A DNA stretch of 64,000 nucleotides, taken from positions 1,292 to 65,291 of the forward strand of contig JAZRAI010000005.1 in NCBI GenBank assembly GCA_045634455.1, read 5' to 3'. A program made the translations under genes and the position numbers. Source of the stretch: Acutalibacteraceae bacterium. Its GTDB lineage: Bacteria; Bacillota; Clostridia; Oscillospirales; Acutalibacteraceae. Numbering within the stretch: the first letter of the stretch is position 1; each line of letters begins with the position of its first letter. Under the pieces are notes generated by a model that was not told where the DNA came from, ran no database searches, and saw only the letters and a list, made by a program, of their open reading frames with translations. Of the stretch, positions 17,234 to 27,388 are shown one piece after another.

Positions 17234-17803
17234 TTATTGCTCCTCTGCAGCTTCTATCTCGAGCTGTTCACCAACATCGCGTTGGTCGTTTTCGTTTTGA
17301 GGAAGTGGAGGAAGCTCCGATAAATCTGACATTTCAAAGCTTTTTAAAAAGTTCTTGGTAGTGCCGTATAGCAAGGGCTTACCCGGAAGTTCCAAACGGC
17401 CTCTTTCCTCAACAAGACCTTTTTCTATAAGGGTTGTAACAACGCTTGAACAGTCAACACCTCTTACCTGCTCTATAAAGGATTTTGTGACCGGTTGGTT
17501 GTAAGCTACAACCGCCAAAACCTCGAGTGCGGCAGGAGAAAGCGGAGTTCTGCGACGCAGGTCAAAAGCCTTTTTGATATACTCGGCATAATCCTTTTTA
17601 GTAACCAACTGATAGGTATTTTCAAGTCTTACTAATTCTAAACCGCTGTTTTCTTTTTCAGTTTTCTCTTTTAAAATAAGCATTACTTCATTCACGGTTT
17701 CAGGTATTGTATCAAAAACCTGAGTAAAGCGTTCTATACTTACAGGCTCACCGCTTGCAAAAAGTATAGCTTCAAAAGCGGGTACCAATTCACTAATTTT
17801 CAT
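17234..17803 (-). CDS. scpB: segregation and condensation protein B
   Basis: AILFASGEPVSI, LSPAALEVLAVVAYNQPVTK, LLYGTTKNFL. Confidence 0.9.
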   Translation of the reverse strand: MKISELVPAFEAILFASGEPVSIERFTQVFDTIPETVNEVMLILKEKTEKENSGLELVRLENTYQLVTKKDYAEYIKKAFDLRRRTPLSPAALEVLAVVAYNQPVTKSFIEQVRGVDCSSVVTTLIEKGLVEERGRLELPGKPLLYGTTKNFLKSFEMSDLSELPPLPQNENDQRDVGEQLEIEAAEEQ

Positions 17804-18519
17804 CTGTCCTTATGCCCTTTCACAAGTGATATTTCTTGATTTTCGGCGTCGCCCTCAATTTTAATGCGATTAGCCTTACAAAGTTCCAACACTGCCAAAA
17901 AGGTTGCAACCAACTCTGAACGGCTTTGTGCTGTTTTATACAAAGAGGAAAGTTTTTTCTTTCCGCCCGAAAAAAGATTTCTAATAACAAAGACAATCTT
18001 TGTAGATACCGCAACAATCTTTTTTGCAACAATTTTCTGAAATGGTGCGGTAGAAGGCGGAAGCCTTCTTTTACCTCTGCCTATTGCCTGCAAATAAGAT
18101 AGATATATCAAATCCTTACTGTGAGTAAGCTCATAGGTTTTCGGGAAATCAATTTCATCAGGCTTCTTTGCAAACTTATCAAAACCTGTTTGCATTAAGT
18201 TTAATTTTTCTGCAATCTGCTTGCAAACCATATATTCAAGAAGTTCTCCCGTAAGCTCCTCTTTAAGCTCGGCAATTTCATCGTGCTTAGGAAGCAAAGA
18301 TACGGTTTTTATATAGATAAGCCTTGATGCCATCTCCAAAAATTCGCTTGCAAGCTCCATTTCCTCTGTCTCGTAAAGCTTTATCTGTTCCAAATACTGA
18401 TCGATAAGCTCGGTAAGAGGAATATCATAAATATTCATTTTATTTCGGGCAATAAGTTGAAGAAGTAAATCAAGCGGTCCTTCAAAGCCCTCTAATTTAT
18501 AAGAAATTATGTTCTCCAT
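17800..18519 (-). CDS. scpA: segregation and condensation protein A
   Basis: FEGPLDLLLQLI and DIPLTELIDQYL. 4-nt overlap with scpB. Confidence 0.9.
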   Translation of the reverse strand: MENIISYKLEGFEGPLDLLLQLIARNKMNIYDIPLTELIDQYLEQIKLYETEEMELASEFLEMASRLIYIKTVSLLPKHDEIAELKEELTGELLEYMVCKQIAEKLNLMQTGFDKFAKKPDEIDFPKTYELTHSKDLIYLSYLQAIGRGKRRLPPSTAPFQKIVAKKIVAVSTKIVFVIRNLFSGGKKKLSSLYKTAQSRSELVATFLAVLELCKANRIKIEGDAENQEISLVKGHKDR

Positions 18520-18536
18520 TTTCTACCTGCCAAAAG

Positions 18537-19235
18537 TTAATATCCAAGCAATTTAAACGGTAAATAAGCAATGTTTGAAACAAAGTTCATAAGTCCGTTT
18601 GATAATATACTGATAGGTCCGTCAAGGACACCCACATAAAGCAAAATCATAAGACCGAAAAATATAAATCTTTCGTACTGCATAACCTTAAAATAATATT
18701 TGTCAGGCAAAAACGCAAACAAAAGACGTGAACCGTCAAGCGGAGGAATGGGAAGCAAATTAAATACCGCAAGCGAGACGTTGATTTGTGCTAAATAAAA
18801 AAGAATAAAATAAATATACCCAAAAACCTCTGCCACAGTTAGAGAAAGAAGTAAAAACACATTTCCGAGCAAAAGCGCCAATATAGACATTACTATGTTT
18901 GAAAGAGGACCTGCGAAGGCAACTATTGCCATACCCATTTTTGGGTTATCAAAATTTCTTGCATTTACACCCACAGGCTTTGCCCAACCAAAACCAAAAA
19001 GTAAAATACAAAGCGAGCCTAAATAATCTATATGTGCAAACGGGTTAAGGGTTAGTCTGTTCTGCCACTTAGGTGTATTATCGCCAAGCTTTACAGCTAC
19101 AAATCCGTGAGCAAACTCGTGAACAGGAAGCGTTAAGAAAACTACCAACACCGTAGATAAAATATAAATTACGGCATTCGTGAAATCCAAACTGCCCGAT
19201 AACAATCTTGAAAGCAAAATTTTCACTCCTAACAT
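18537..19235 (-). CDS. site-2 protease family (M50) membrane metalloprotease
   Basis: HEFAHGFVA (HExxH), [13 protein letters not shown], multiple TM helices. Confidence 0.8.
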   Translation of the reverse strand: MLGVKILLSRLLSGSLDFTNAVIYILSTVLVVFLTLPVHEFAHGFVAVKLGDNTPKWQNRLTLNPFAHIDYLGSLCILLFGFGWAKPVGVNARNFDNPKMGMAIVAFAGPLSNIVMSILALLLGNVFLLLSLTVAEVFGYIYFILFYLAQINVSLAVFNLLPIPPLDGSRLLFAFLPDKYYFKVMQYERFIFFGLMILLYVGVLDGPISILSNGLMNFVSNIAYLPFKLLGY

Positions 19236-19334
19236 ATTATACCAAGATAATTATATAACATTCTTGACAGAATTACAAGAAAAATATATAATACATAGGT
19301 TGCAAAATTATAATAAGGGGTAACAATTTTTAAG

Positions 19335-20711
19335 ATGTTTAAAAAATTGGTCAAAAACAAAACATTTTACAAACAAATATTGGCTCTTGCAATTCCAATT
19401 ATGATACAAAACGGAATTACCAATTTTGTGAATATGCTTGACAACGTGATGGTCGGCAAAATAGGCACTTACCAAATGACGGGTGTGGCAGTTACAAATC
19501 AACTTATATTTGTATTTAATCTCTGCATTTTCGGTGCTATTTCAGGTGCCGGCATATTCGGGGCTCAGTTTTTTGGCAAAAATGATGTCGAGGGTATACG
19601 TCACACTTTCAGATTTAAGCTTGTATTTTGCAGTATTTTATGCATTTTTTGTATTCTGTTGTTTCTTTTTTTCGGTGAAAACCTAATCGGTCTTTATCTG
19701 AAAGAAGGTAGTGCCAAAGCAATATCGGCTTCCCTTAAATTCGGCAAAAGCTATCTCCTTATAATGCTAATAGGTCTTATCCCCTACACTATTACTCAGT
19801 GCTATTCAAGTACGCTTCGTGAAACGGGCGAAGCGGTACTTCCTATGATAGCAGGCGTTATAGCCATCTTAATTAACCTGATTTTGAATTATATACTGAT
19901 TTTCGGCAAATTCGGAGCACCAATGCTCGGTGCAAACGGTGCAGCAATAGCAACCGTTTTTTCCCGTTTTGTCGAGCTTTTGATAGTTGTTATCTACACC
20001 GCAAGGCATAAAAATAAAAATCCGTTTATAATCGGTGCGTTCCATAGCCTTTATATTCCTGTTTCCCTGATTAAAAAAATCACCGTAAAGGGTTTACCCT
20101 TAATGCTCAACGAAACCATGTGGGCTTCCGGTATGGCTACTCTTAACCAATGCTATTCATTAAGAGGTATAGATGTTGTTGCTGCCAATAATATCTGCCA
20201 AACCTTTTTCAATGTTTTTTCAGTAGCTTTTATGGCAGTAGGCGTTGCTATCGGTATATTGCAGGGACAAATTTTAGGTACGGGTAATATAGAAAAAGCC
20301 AGAAATTATAGCTTTAAGCTGATTAATTTTTCGGTTTTCGTAAGCTTAATTTTTGCCGTAATTTATATTTTTGCCGCAAATTATATCCCCGAAATTTATA
20401 ACACTGAACCCTCTATCAGGCTGACCGCTGCTCGGCTCATGCAAATTTCGGCTATTGCAATGCCGCTTGACGCTTATGCCCACGCATCCTATTTTACATT
20501 GCGTTCAGGCGGAAAAACCGCAATAACCCTTATTTTTGACAGTGGCTTTATGTGGGTAATTTGTGTGCCGACAGCATTTATACTAAGCCGATTTACCTCC
20601 CTTTCAATTTTGCCCTTATTTGCAATTATTCAAGCAATAAATATCATAAAATGTATTTTGGGCTATACCTTTGTTAAAAAAGGTCAGTGGCTTAAAACTA
20701 TTGTAAATTAA
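19335..20711 (+). CDS. MATE family efflux transporter
   Basis: 12-TM-type sequence with N-terminus ILALAIPIMIQNGITNFVNMLDNVMVGK. Confidence 0.8.
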   Translation: MFKKLVKNKTFYKQILALAIPIMIQNGITNFVNMLDNVMVGKIGTYQMTGVAVTNQLIFVFNLCIFGAISGAGIFGAQFFGKNDVEGIRHTFRFKLVFCSILCIFCILLFLFFGENLIGLYLKEGSAKAISASLKFGKSYLLIMLIGLIPYTITQCYSSTLRETGEAVLPMIAGVIAILINLILNYILIFGKFGAPMLGANGAAIATVFSRFVELLIVVIYTARHKNKNPFIIGAFHSLYIPVSLIKKITVKGLPLMLNETMWASGMATLNQCYSLRGIDVVAANNICQTFFNVFSVAFMAVGVAIGILQGQILGTGNIEKARNYSFKLINFSVFVSLIFAVIYIFAANYIPEIYNTEPSIRLTAARLMQISAIAMPLDAYAHASYFTLRSGGKTAITLIFDSGFMWVICVPTAFILSRFTSLSILPLFAIIQAINIIKCILGYTFVKKGQWLKTIVN

Positions 20712-20740
20712 AAAAAGGCGGGAAACCGCCTTTTTATTTT
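20711..20740 (+). terminator. intrinsic terminator after the MATE gene
   Basis: aaggcgg gaaa ccgcctt followed by TTTTATTTTT. Confidence 0.75.
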
Positions 20741-20750
20741 TGTTAAAGTA

Positions 20751-20778
20751 TTGACAATTTTTCAAAATATGGTATAAT
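20751..20778 (+). promoter_or_regulatory. promoter TTGACA-N16-TGgTATAAT
   Basis: -35 at 20751-20756 and -10 at 20773-20778 with an upstream TG. Confidence 0.6.
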
Positions 20779-20819
20779 AATAAAAAATGTCTCATTTGAG
20801 ACAGTTTCGTGAGGTTAAA

Positions 20820-21458
20820 ATGAATTCCTTAAAAAACTTGTTTTTGTTTGCAGGCTTAACAGATGCTGAAAAAGACGAAATCATATCCGGCTTCTCAAAG
20901 CCCTGTAAATTTAAAAAAGGTGAAGTGATTTACTCGGACGATAACTTCCGTAATGCTATGGGTGTAATACTTAAAGGTAAAGCATTTGCGGTTACAAACG
21001 GAAACAGCGAGCTTTATATGAAAAGCTTTGAAAAAGGTGCTGTTTTCGGGGTAGCTTCAATGTTTTGCAATGAAGCGGTTTATGTAAGTACAATAGTTGC
21101 CTCAACAGAAACCGAGGTGCTTTTCATTGACGAAGCAAGCCTTCGTTCCGCAATTTTGAAAAACCCACAAATTTCACTTAACTATATAATCTTTTTATCG
21201 GGAAAAATCCGTTTTTTAAACTCAAAACTTTCTATGCTTTCGGCAAGCTCGTCAGAAGATACGCTTTATGGATATCTTTGCTCTGTGTCGGGCAATAACG
21301 GTATCGCCGCTATTCCGAAAAGTATGACATTGCTTGCAAAAATGTTGGGGCTTTCACGCGCCACCTTATATCGTTGCCTTGATACCCTAATCGAAAGCGG
21401 AAAAATAACAAAAGAAAATAATTTAATAAAGGTGATAAAAAATGAAAAAAATTGTTAG
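20820..21458 (+). CDS. Crp/Fnr family transcriptional regulator
   Basis: cNMP-binding-like N-terminus and C-terminal HTH MTLLAKMLGLSRATLYRCLDTL. Start at the ATG at 20820, after GAGG. Confidence 0.75.
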   Translation: MNSLKNLFLFAGLTDAEKDEIISGFSKPCKFKKGEVIYSDDNFRNAMGVILKGKAFAVTNGNSELYMKSFEKGAVFGVASMFCNEAVYVSTIVASTETEVLFIDEASLRSAILKNPQISLNYIIFLSGKIRFLNSKLSMLSASSSEDTLYGYLCSVSGNNGIAAIPKSMTLLAKMLGLSRATLYRCLDTLIESGKITKENNLIKVIKNEKNC

Positions 21459-22455
21459 CTTAGTATTAGTTCTTTTATTGGTTTTAGGTCTTGCCGCTTG
21501 CGGCAAAGCAGACAGTAAGAAGCCTGCAAGTAAACCTGATGCCGAAATCACAAAGCTTGATGTAGACTGCAACGTATACGTTTTGCAGGGTCCCACAGGC
21601 ATAGGTGCCGCTGCTCTTTGGGATAAGGCAGAAAAAGGTGAAGGCTCACTGAATTACAATTTCAATATGGTTGCCGCAAACGATGAAATTGTTGCAAAGG
21701 TTGTAAACGGTGATGCCGATATTGCCGCAGTTGCTACTAATGTTGCCTCTAACCTTTATAACAAAACAAACGGCGGTGTAACTGTGCTTGCAGTAAATAC
21801 CTTAGGTGTGCTTAACGTTGTAACTAAGGACGAAAACATTAAATCTATTGCAGATTTAAGAGGTAAAACCGTATATCTCCCGGGACAAGGCGCTAATCCC
21901 GAGTTTATCTCAACCTATATTTTAGAGCAAAATGGCTTAAAGGTTGGCAAAGATGTAAAGCTTGAATTTGTGGGCGATGGCAGCGAATTAGTTCCCAAAA
22001 TCGTAGCCGACAAGAAAAACGAGGTTGTAGTTATAGCTCCTCAACCGGTTGCAACCACAATTACAGTTCAGGCTCCCGAAGCAAAAATTGCCATAAATCT
22101 TAACGACGAATGGGATAAATGCACAGACACAAAGCTTGTTATGGGTGCAGTTATTGTAAATAACAAATTCTTAAAGAAAAATCCCGATGCAGTAAAGCTC
22201 TTTTTAAAGGATTATGCTGAATCGGTAAATACTGTAAATACTGATACAAAAAAAGCAGGTGAGCTTTGCGAAAAATACGGAATCGTACCCAAAGCCGCTA
22301 TTGCTACAAAGGCTATCCCTTATTGCAACATTGTTTGCCAAACCGGAAAAGAATTAAAGAAAGACCTTTCTGCTTATTTAGAATTTTTATTTGAGAAAAA
22401 GGCAGCTCTTGTAGGAAATAAACTTCCTGCGGACGAATTCTACTATGCTGAATAA
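21442..22455 (+). CDS. ABC transporter substrate-binding lipoprotein (NMT1/SsuA-like)
   Basis: Lipobox LGLAAC. Lies in an operon with a permease and an ATPase. Confidence 0.65.
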   Translation: MKKIVSLVLVLLLVLGLAACGKADSKKPASKPDAEITKLDVDCNVYVLQGPTGIGAAALWDKAEKGEGSLNYNFNMVAANDEIVAKVVNGDADIAAVATNVASNLYNKTNGGVTVLAVNTLGVLNVVTKDENIKSIADLRGKTVYLPGQGANPEFISTYILEQNGLKVGKDVKLEFVGDGSELVPKIVADKKNEVVVIAPQPVATTITVQAPEAKIAINLNDEWDKCTDTKLVMGAVIVNNKFLKKNPDAVKLFLKDYAESVNTVNTDTKKAGELCEKYGIVPKAAIATKAIPYCNIVCQTGKELKKDLSAYLEFLFEKKAALVGNKLPADEFYYAE

Positions 22456-23191
22456 AGCAATTAAAAAAACCTTAATAATTCTTTTTTGGATTTTAGTATG
22501 GCAAGCAATAGCAAGTATAGTTAATCTTGAATTAATACTTCCCTCTCCGTTACAAACCGTAAAAGCACTTTTTGTAATATCGCGCGAAAGCGAGTTCTAT
22601 ATCGCGGTATTTTCCTCACTTTCAAGGATTGTTACGGGCTTTATATTAGGAGTAGCGGTAGGCTTTGTAGGTGCCGTTTTATCAAGCCGATTTAAGCTTG
22701 TATCAGAACTTTTCGCTCCTATTCTGCGCCTTTTGAGGGCGGTTCCTGTGGCATCGTTTATAATAATAGCCTTTTATTGGCTATTGTCGGATAGCGTACC
22801 CACACTTATATGCTTTTTAATGGTTTTACCGCTTATATGGACTACGGTAGAAACGGCGCTTAACAACATCGACAAAAGGTATCTCGAAATTGCAAAAATT
22901 TACCGTTTAAGCGGTTTTAAAACCTTTTTCGGCATTAAGCTTCCGTTTATTATGCCAAATCTTATGTCCACAGTGCTAACCTCATTAGGCTTTGCTTGGA
23001 AATCGGGCATTGCGGCAGAAATTATATGCCTGCCCCCCGCTTCCTTAGGCGGTCTTATAGGCAGTTCGAAATCGGCACTGCTAACAAGCGAGGTATTTGC
23101 AATAACAACGGTTGTAATTATACTTTCAATAATACTTGAAAGTGTTGTAAAACTAACACTTAGGAGGTTTACAAATGATAACTCTAAATGA
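22445..23191 (+). CDS. ABC transporter permease (SsuC/TauC-like)
   Basis: Six-TM pattern and position between the SBP and ATPase genes. Confidence 0.7.
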   Translation: MLNKAIKKTLIILFWILVWQAIASIVNLELILPSPLQTVKALFVISRESEFYIAVFSSLSRIVTGFILGVAVGFVGAVLSSRFKLVSELFAPILRLLRAVPVASFIIIAFYWLLSDSVPTLICFLMVLPLIWTTVETALNNIDKRYLEIAKIYRLSGFKTFFGIKLPFIMPNLMSTVLTSLGFAWKSGIAAEIICLPPASLGGLIGSSKSALLTSEVFAITTVVIILSIILESVVKLTLRRFTNDNSK

Positions 23192-23744
23192 TGTAAGCTT
23201 TTCCTACGGTGAAAAAAAGGTGCTCGAAAACTTTTCTTTAAATATTGAAAAAGGTGATAAAATTTGCCTTTTCGGCGAAAGCGGTTGCGGTAAAACCACT
23301 GTAACACGTCTTATTTTAGGACTTCTAAAACCCGACAGTGGCGAGATTTTAAAAGATAAAAACCTGAAACCAAGTGTTGTTTTTCAAGAAAATCTGTTGC
23401 TCCCCTTTAAAAGTGTTTTAAAAAATATAACCCTTCTCGGGGCAGATGTTGAAACCTGCGAAGCCAACTTGGAAGCACTCGGTATTGCCGAGTATAAAAA
23501 TAGCCTTCCCTCCTCCCTTTCGGGCGGAATTGAAAGGCGTGCAGCAATAGCGAGAGCTATTAGTCAGGATTTCGATTTTCTGATACTTGATGAACCTTTT
23601 ACAGGGCTTGATAAAGAAAATATTTTAAAAGCCGCAGAACTCATTTTGAAAAAAGCAAAAAACAAGCCGATAATTTTAATAACCCATTCTATGCTTGAAG
23701 CTGAGATTTTAGGTTGTAAAATTATTGAAATGAAAAAAATCTAA
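23175..23744 (+). CDS. ABC transporter ATP-binding protein (short, 189 aa)
   Basis: Walker A GESGCGKTT, signature variant LSGGIERR, Walker B FLILDEPF. Confidence 0.8.
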   Translation: MITLNDVSFSYGEKKVLENFSLNIEKGDKICLFGESGCGKTTVTRLILGLLKPDSGEILKDKNLKPSVVFQENLLLPFKSVLKNITLLGADVETCEANLEALGIAEYKNSLPSSLSGGIERRAAIARAISQDFDFLILDEPFTGLDKENILKAAELILKKAKNKPIILITHSMLEAEILGCKIIEMKKI

Positions 23745-23751
23745 TATGCAT

Positions 23752-23784
23752 AAAAAAGCTGTCTCGCAAAACGAGACGGCTTTA
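23752..23784. terminator. bidirectional terminator
   Basis: gctgtctcg caaaa cgagacggc flanked by A/T runs. Confidence 0.7.
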
Positions 23785-23797
23785 AATGTTATGTAGC

Positions 23798-24037
23798 TTA
23801 TTTTACAACCTTTAAGTAATCAAGAACAGATAAGATAATGCCAACTAAAACATATACCTCAACTATCCAACCGATTATGCCGATTAAAATTCCAACAAAA
23901 GGAATTTTACCAAGAAGTCCCATAACAAGACCGATGATAGCACCTACAACAATGTAAATAACAATATTAACTACAAGTGCTACAACATCCTTCTTTTCAG
24001 CGAAGGAAAAAGGGAAAATCGCCTTTAAAGTATCCAT
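23798..24037 (-). CDS. small two-TM membrane protein (79 aa)
   Basis: Hydrophobic ORF with its own terminator. No motif recognised. Confidence 0.5.
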   Translation of the reverse strand: MDTLKAIFPFSFAEKKDVVALVVNIVIYIVVGAIIGLVMGLLGKIPFVGILIGIIGWIVEVYVLVGIILSVLDYLKVVK

Positions 24038-24220
24038 TTTTTACACCTCACAAAATTTATTTGCTATATTTAATTTAACACAATTCGACAGTATTTTCAA
24101 GTACTTTTATAAAATTCCGAAATTTTAATTTAAAAAAATAAACCCGCAATATATATCTTGAAATTTCTTATATTATATAGTATACTTATTAAGTATGCTT
24201 AATTTCCAAAAAAAGGTGAA

Positions 24221-26380
24221 ATGATGGATATTTTAAAAACTTTGCAAGAGGAATTTTCCTTAAAGCCGTTTCAGGTTGAAAATACGGTAAAGCTTATCGA
24301 CGAGGGAAATACCATTCCCTTTATCGCAAGATACCGAAAAGAAGCTACCGGCTCGCTTGATGACCAGGTATTGCGTGAACTTTATGACAGACTTTTGTAT
24401 CTTCGCAATATGGAGGAGACGAGGGAGAAAATCAAGGCTTCTATTGAAGAGCAGGGCGCTCTTACAGACGAGCTTATTTTGGCTATCGAAAATGCCAAAA
24501 CCTTGACCGAGCTTGATGATATTTACAGACCTTACAAGAAAAAGAAAAAGACAAGGGCATCTGTTGCAAAGGAAAAGGGACTTGAACCACTTGCCGATTT
24601 AATTTATGCGCAAGAGCCAAACTCTAAAACTCCTATCGCTTTGGCAGAGGATTTTATAAATCCCGAGCTTTCAGTAGAAACCGCAGAGGATGCTTTGCAG
24701 GGAGCTCTTGACATTATTGCTGAAAAAATTTCCGACGATGCGGACATTCGTCGTCGTATGCGTTTTGTAGCATCGGCTCACGGAATTTTGCGTGTAAAGG
24801 CAGATAAAGAGGATGTCGGTGTTTACGAAATGTACTCCGATTACAGTGAGAGCGTTGCCAAAATTCCCGACCACAGAGTGCTTGCAATAAACCGTGGCGA
24901 AAAAGAGGAAGTTTTAAAGGTTTCGCTCGATTTTGACCGCGACAAGGCGATGTTCATAATTGCAAAAAACCATATTAAAGAGGGGTCTGCTTGCACAGAA
25001 GCGGTAAAAATTGCCGCCGAGGATGCTTATCAAAGGCTTATTTTCCCCTCCATTCAAAGAGAAATCCGTGCTTCCCTTACCGATAAGGCAAGTATTAGCG
25101 CAATAAAGGTTTTCTCCACTAATTTACAACAGTTACTTATGCAGCCACCTGTAAAGGATAAAGTAACCTTAGGTCTTGACCCCGGTTATAGGACAGGCTG
25201 TAAGGTGGCAGTTGTTGACGGCACGGGAAAGGTGCTTGATACCGCAGTAATTTACCCCGTTCCCCCAAAATCCGAAATCCCGGAAGCAAAGCTTATTATA
25301 AAGACTTTGGTAAAAAAACACGGTGTAGAGGTTTTTGCGATAGGTAACGGTACCGCAAGCCACGAAACCGAGTGCTTTGCAGCAGAGGTTATAAAGGAAC
25401 TTGGCACAGGTCTTTCATATATGGTAGTAAGCGAGGCAGGTGCGAGCGTTTACTCGGCTTCAAAATTAGCAGCCGAGGAGTTCCCCGATTACGATGTATC
25501 ACTCAGGAGCGCCGTTTCTATTGCGAGACGCCTTCAAGACCCACTCGCCGAGCTTGTAAAAATTGAGCCAAAGGCTATTGGTGTAGGTCAGTATCAACAT
25601 GATATGCCCCCTGCTCAATTAAACTCTGCTCTTGACGGTGTGGTTGAAGCTTGTGTAAACAACGTAGGTGTTGACCTTAACACCGCTTCCGTTCAGCTTT
25701 TATCACGTGTTGCTGGAATTGGTCCCGCACTTGCTAAAAACATTGTAGCCCACCGTGAGGAAAACGGAAAATTCACTACTCGTACCGAACTTAAAAAAGT
25801 TTCAAAGTTAGGACCGAAAGCTTTTACTCAGTGTGCCGGCTTCCTAAAAATTTCCGACGGTAAAAACGCACTTGATAACACAAGCGTTCACCCCGAAAGT
25901 TATGATGCGGCAAAGGCTCTTTTAAAGCTTTTCAATTTTTCCGAAAAGGATATAAAAAGCGGTAATGCTAAAAATTTAAGCGAACTTGTTTCAGCTCGCG
26001 GTATTGAAGTCACCGCAAATGAATTATCGATAGGTGTTCCTACATTAGAGGATATTATAAAAGAATTGGAACGTCCAGGCAGAGATCCGCGTGACGAACT
26101 ACCCGCACCTTTGCTTCGTCAGGACATTATGTCCTTAGAGGATTTAAAGGTTGGTATGAAATTAAAAGGCACTGTCAGAAATGTTATTGATTTCGGTGCA
26201 TTTGTCGATATCGGTGTTCACGAGGACGGTCTTGTTCATATTTCGGCTATATGTGACCGCTTTATTAAGCATCCTTCAGAAGTGCTTAAAGTTGGCGATA
26301 TTGTTGAGGTTTACGTTATAGGCGTAGATGTTGCCAAAAAGAGAATATCGCTTAGTATTAAGGAGCCAAAGCAAAAATGA
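24221..26380 (+). CDS. tex: Tex-like transcription accessory protein with C-terminal S1 domain
   Basis: TIPFIARYRKE, YqgF-like GLDPGYRTGCKVAVVD, HhH region, S1 domain GTVRNVIDFGAFVDIG. Confidence 0.9.
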   Translation: MMDILKTLQEEFSLKPFQVENTVKLIDEGNTIPFIARYRKEATGSLDDQVLRELYDRLLYLRNMEETREKIKASIEEQGALTDELILAIENAKTLTELDDIYRPYKKKKKTRASVAKEKGLEPLADLIYAQEPNSKTPIALAEDFINPELSVETAEDALQGALDIIAEKISDDADIRRRMRFVASAHGILRVKADKEDVGVYEMYSDYSESVAKIPDHRVLAINRGEKEEVLKVSLDFDRDKAMFIIAKNHIKEGSACTEAVKIAAEDAYQRLIFPSIQREIRASLTDKASISAIKVFSTNLQQLLMQPPVKDKVTLGLDPGYRTGCKVAVVDGTGKVLDTAVIYPVPPKSEIPEAKLIIKTLVKKHGVEVFAIGNGTASHETECFAAEVIKELGTGLSYMVVSEAGASVYSASKLAAEEFPDYDVSLRSAVSIARRLQDPLAELVKIEPKAIGVGQYQHDMPPAQLNSALDGVVEACVNNVGVDLNTASVQLLSRVAGIGPALAKNIVAHREENGKFTTRTELKKVSKLGPKAFTQCAGFLKISDGKNALDNTSVHPESYDAAKALLKLFNFSEKDIKSGNAKNLSELVSARGIEVTANELSIGVPTLEDIIKELERPGRDPRDELPAPLLRQDIMSLEDLKVGMKLKGTVRNVIDFGAFVDIGVHEDGLVHISAICDRFIKHPSEVLKVGDIVEVYVIGVDVAKKRISLSIKEPKQK

Positions 26381-27309
26381 CGTTCAATAAAAACAATATT
26401 AAGGGCAGTATAATTCTATCTACTGCCGCCCTTATATGGGGACTGGCTTTTGTAGCTCAAAGCGGTCTTGCCGATAAGGTACCCCCTTTTATCTGCAATG
26501 CCTTGCGCTCAATTATAGCGGCAGTATTTTTACTGTTATTTTGGTTTTTAACAAGCAGAAAAGAAAAAATCGAATTTTTTCATAAAGACCAAATAAAACA
26601 ATACCTTTCAGGCGGTGTTATTTGCGGAATTTGTCTGGCGGTCTCTGTTAATTTTCAACAATTTGGAATTGCGGCTTATGAAAGCCAGGGTGCAAATAGT
26701 GAAGCCCGAGCCGGTTTTTTAACCGTTTTATACGTAATAATGGTACCTCTTATTTCGGTATTTATGAAGAAAAAAATAACCATGCCCGTATGGTTTGGCG
26801 TAATAATTGCCCTTTTGGGAATTTATATGCTCTGCTTCTCGGGTGGAATTGACGGCATTTATTTAGGCGATTTATTGGTGCTTTTTTGTGCCTTTACATT
26901 TTCACTTCACATAATTGCGGTTGATAAATATGTGGGATTAATAGGCGGAGTTAAGCTTTCTATATTACAGTTTTTTGTCTGCGCTATAATTTCCTTTATA
27001 ATGTCCGCATTTTTTGAAAGCTCATCGGTTACAGTATCAGGTATTGTCTCAGCAATGCCTCAGGTGCTTTACCTTGGAATAATGTCAAGCGGTATTGCTT
27101 ATACGCTTCAAGTTGTAGGTCAAAAATTTGCAGAGCCTACGATAGCTTCAATTTCTATGAGCCTTGAAAGTGTGTTTGCGGCTCTCGGTGGTTGGATTAT
27201 TTCCAAAAACGCTTTAAGCGTGCGCGAACTTATCGGTTGCAGTCTTGTTTTTTGCGCAATCATTATAGCTCAGTTGCCCGATTTTAAGAAAAAACAAACT
27301 TCTAATTAA
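26377..27309 (+). CDS. DMT (EamA) family transporter
   Basis: 10-TM pattern with duplicated EamA-like halves. Confidence 0.7.
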   Translation: MTFNKNNIKGSIILSTAALIWGLAFVAQSGLADKVPPFICNALRSIIAAVFLLLFWFLTSRKEKIEFFHKDQIKQYLSGGVICGICLAVSVNFQQFGIAAYESQGANSEARAGFLTVLYVIMVPLISVFMKKKITMPVWFGVIIALLGIYMLCFSGGIDGIYLGDLLVLFCAFTFSLHIIAVDKYVGLIGGVKLSILQFFVCAIISFIMSAFFESSSVTVSGIVSAMPQVLYLGIMSSGIAYTLQVVGQKFAEPTIASISMSLESVFAALGGWIISKNALSVRELIGCSLVFCAIIIAQLPDFKKKQTSN

Positions 27310-27388
27310 CAGTTTGTTTATACTTTTTGCTTTAAATTTTGATAATATATTTAAGAAAATTTAAACTTTTCAGTTTGGAGGAATATAA

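Noticed and set aside
22900-23307. 135-aa minus-strand ORF across the ABC permease/ATPase junction
   Set aside because: It overlaps two motif-supported plus-strand genes and has no RBS or motif.
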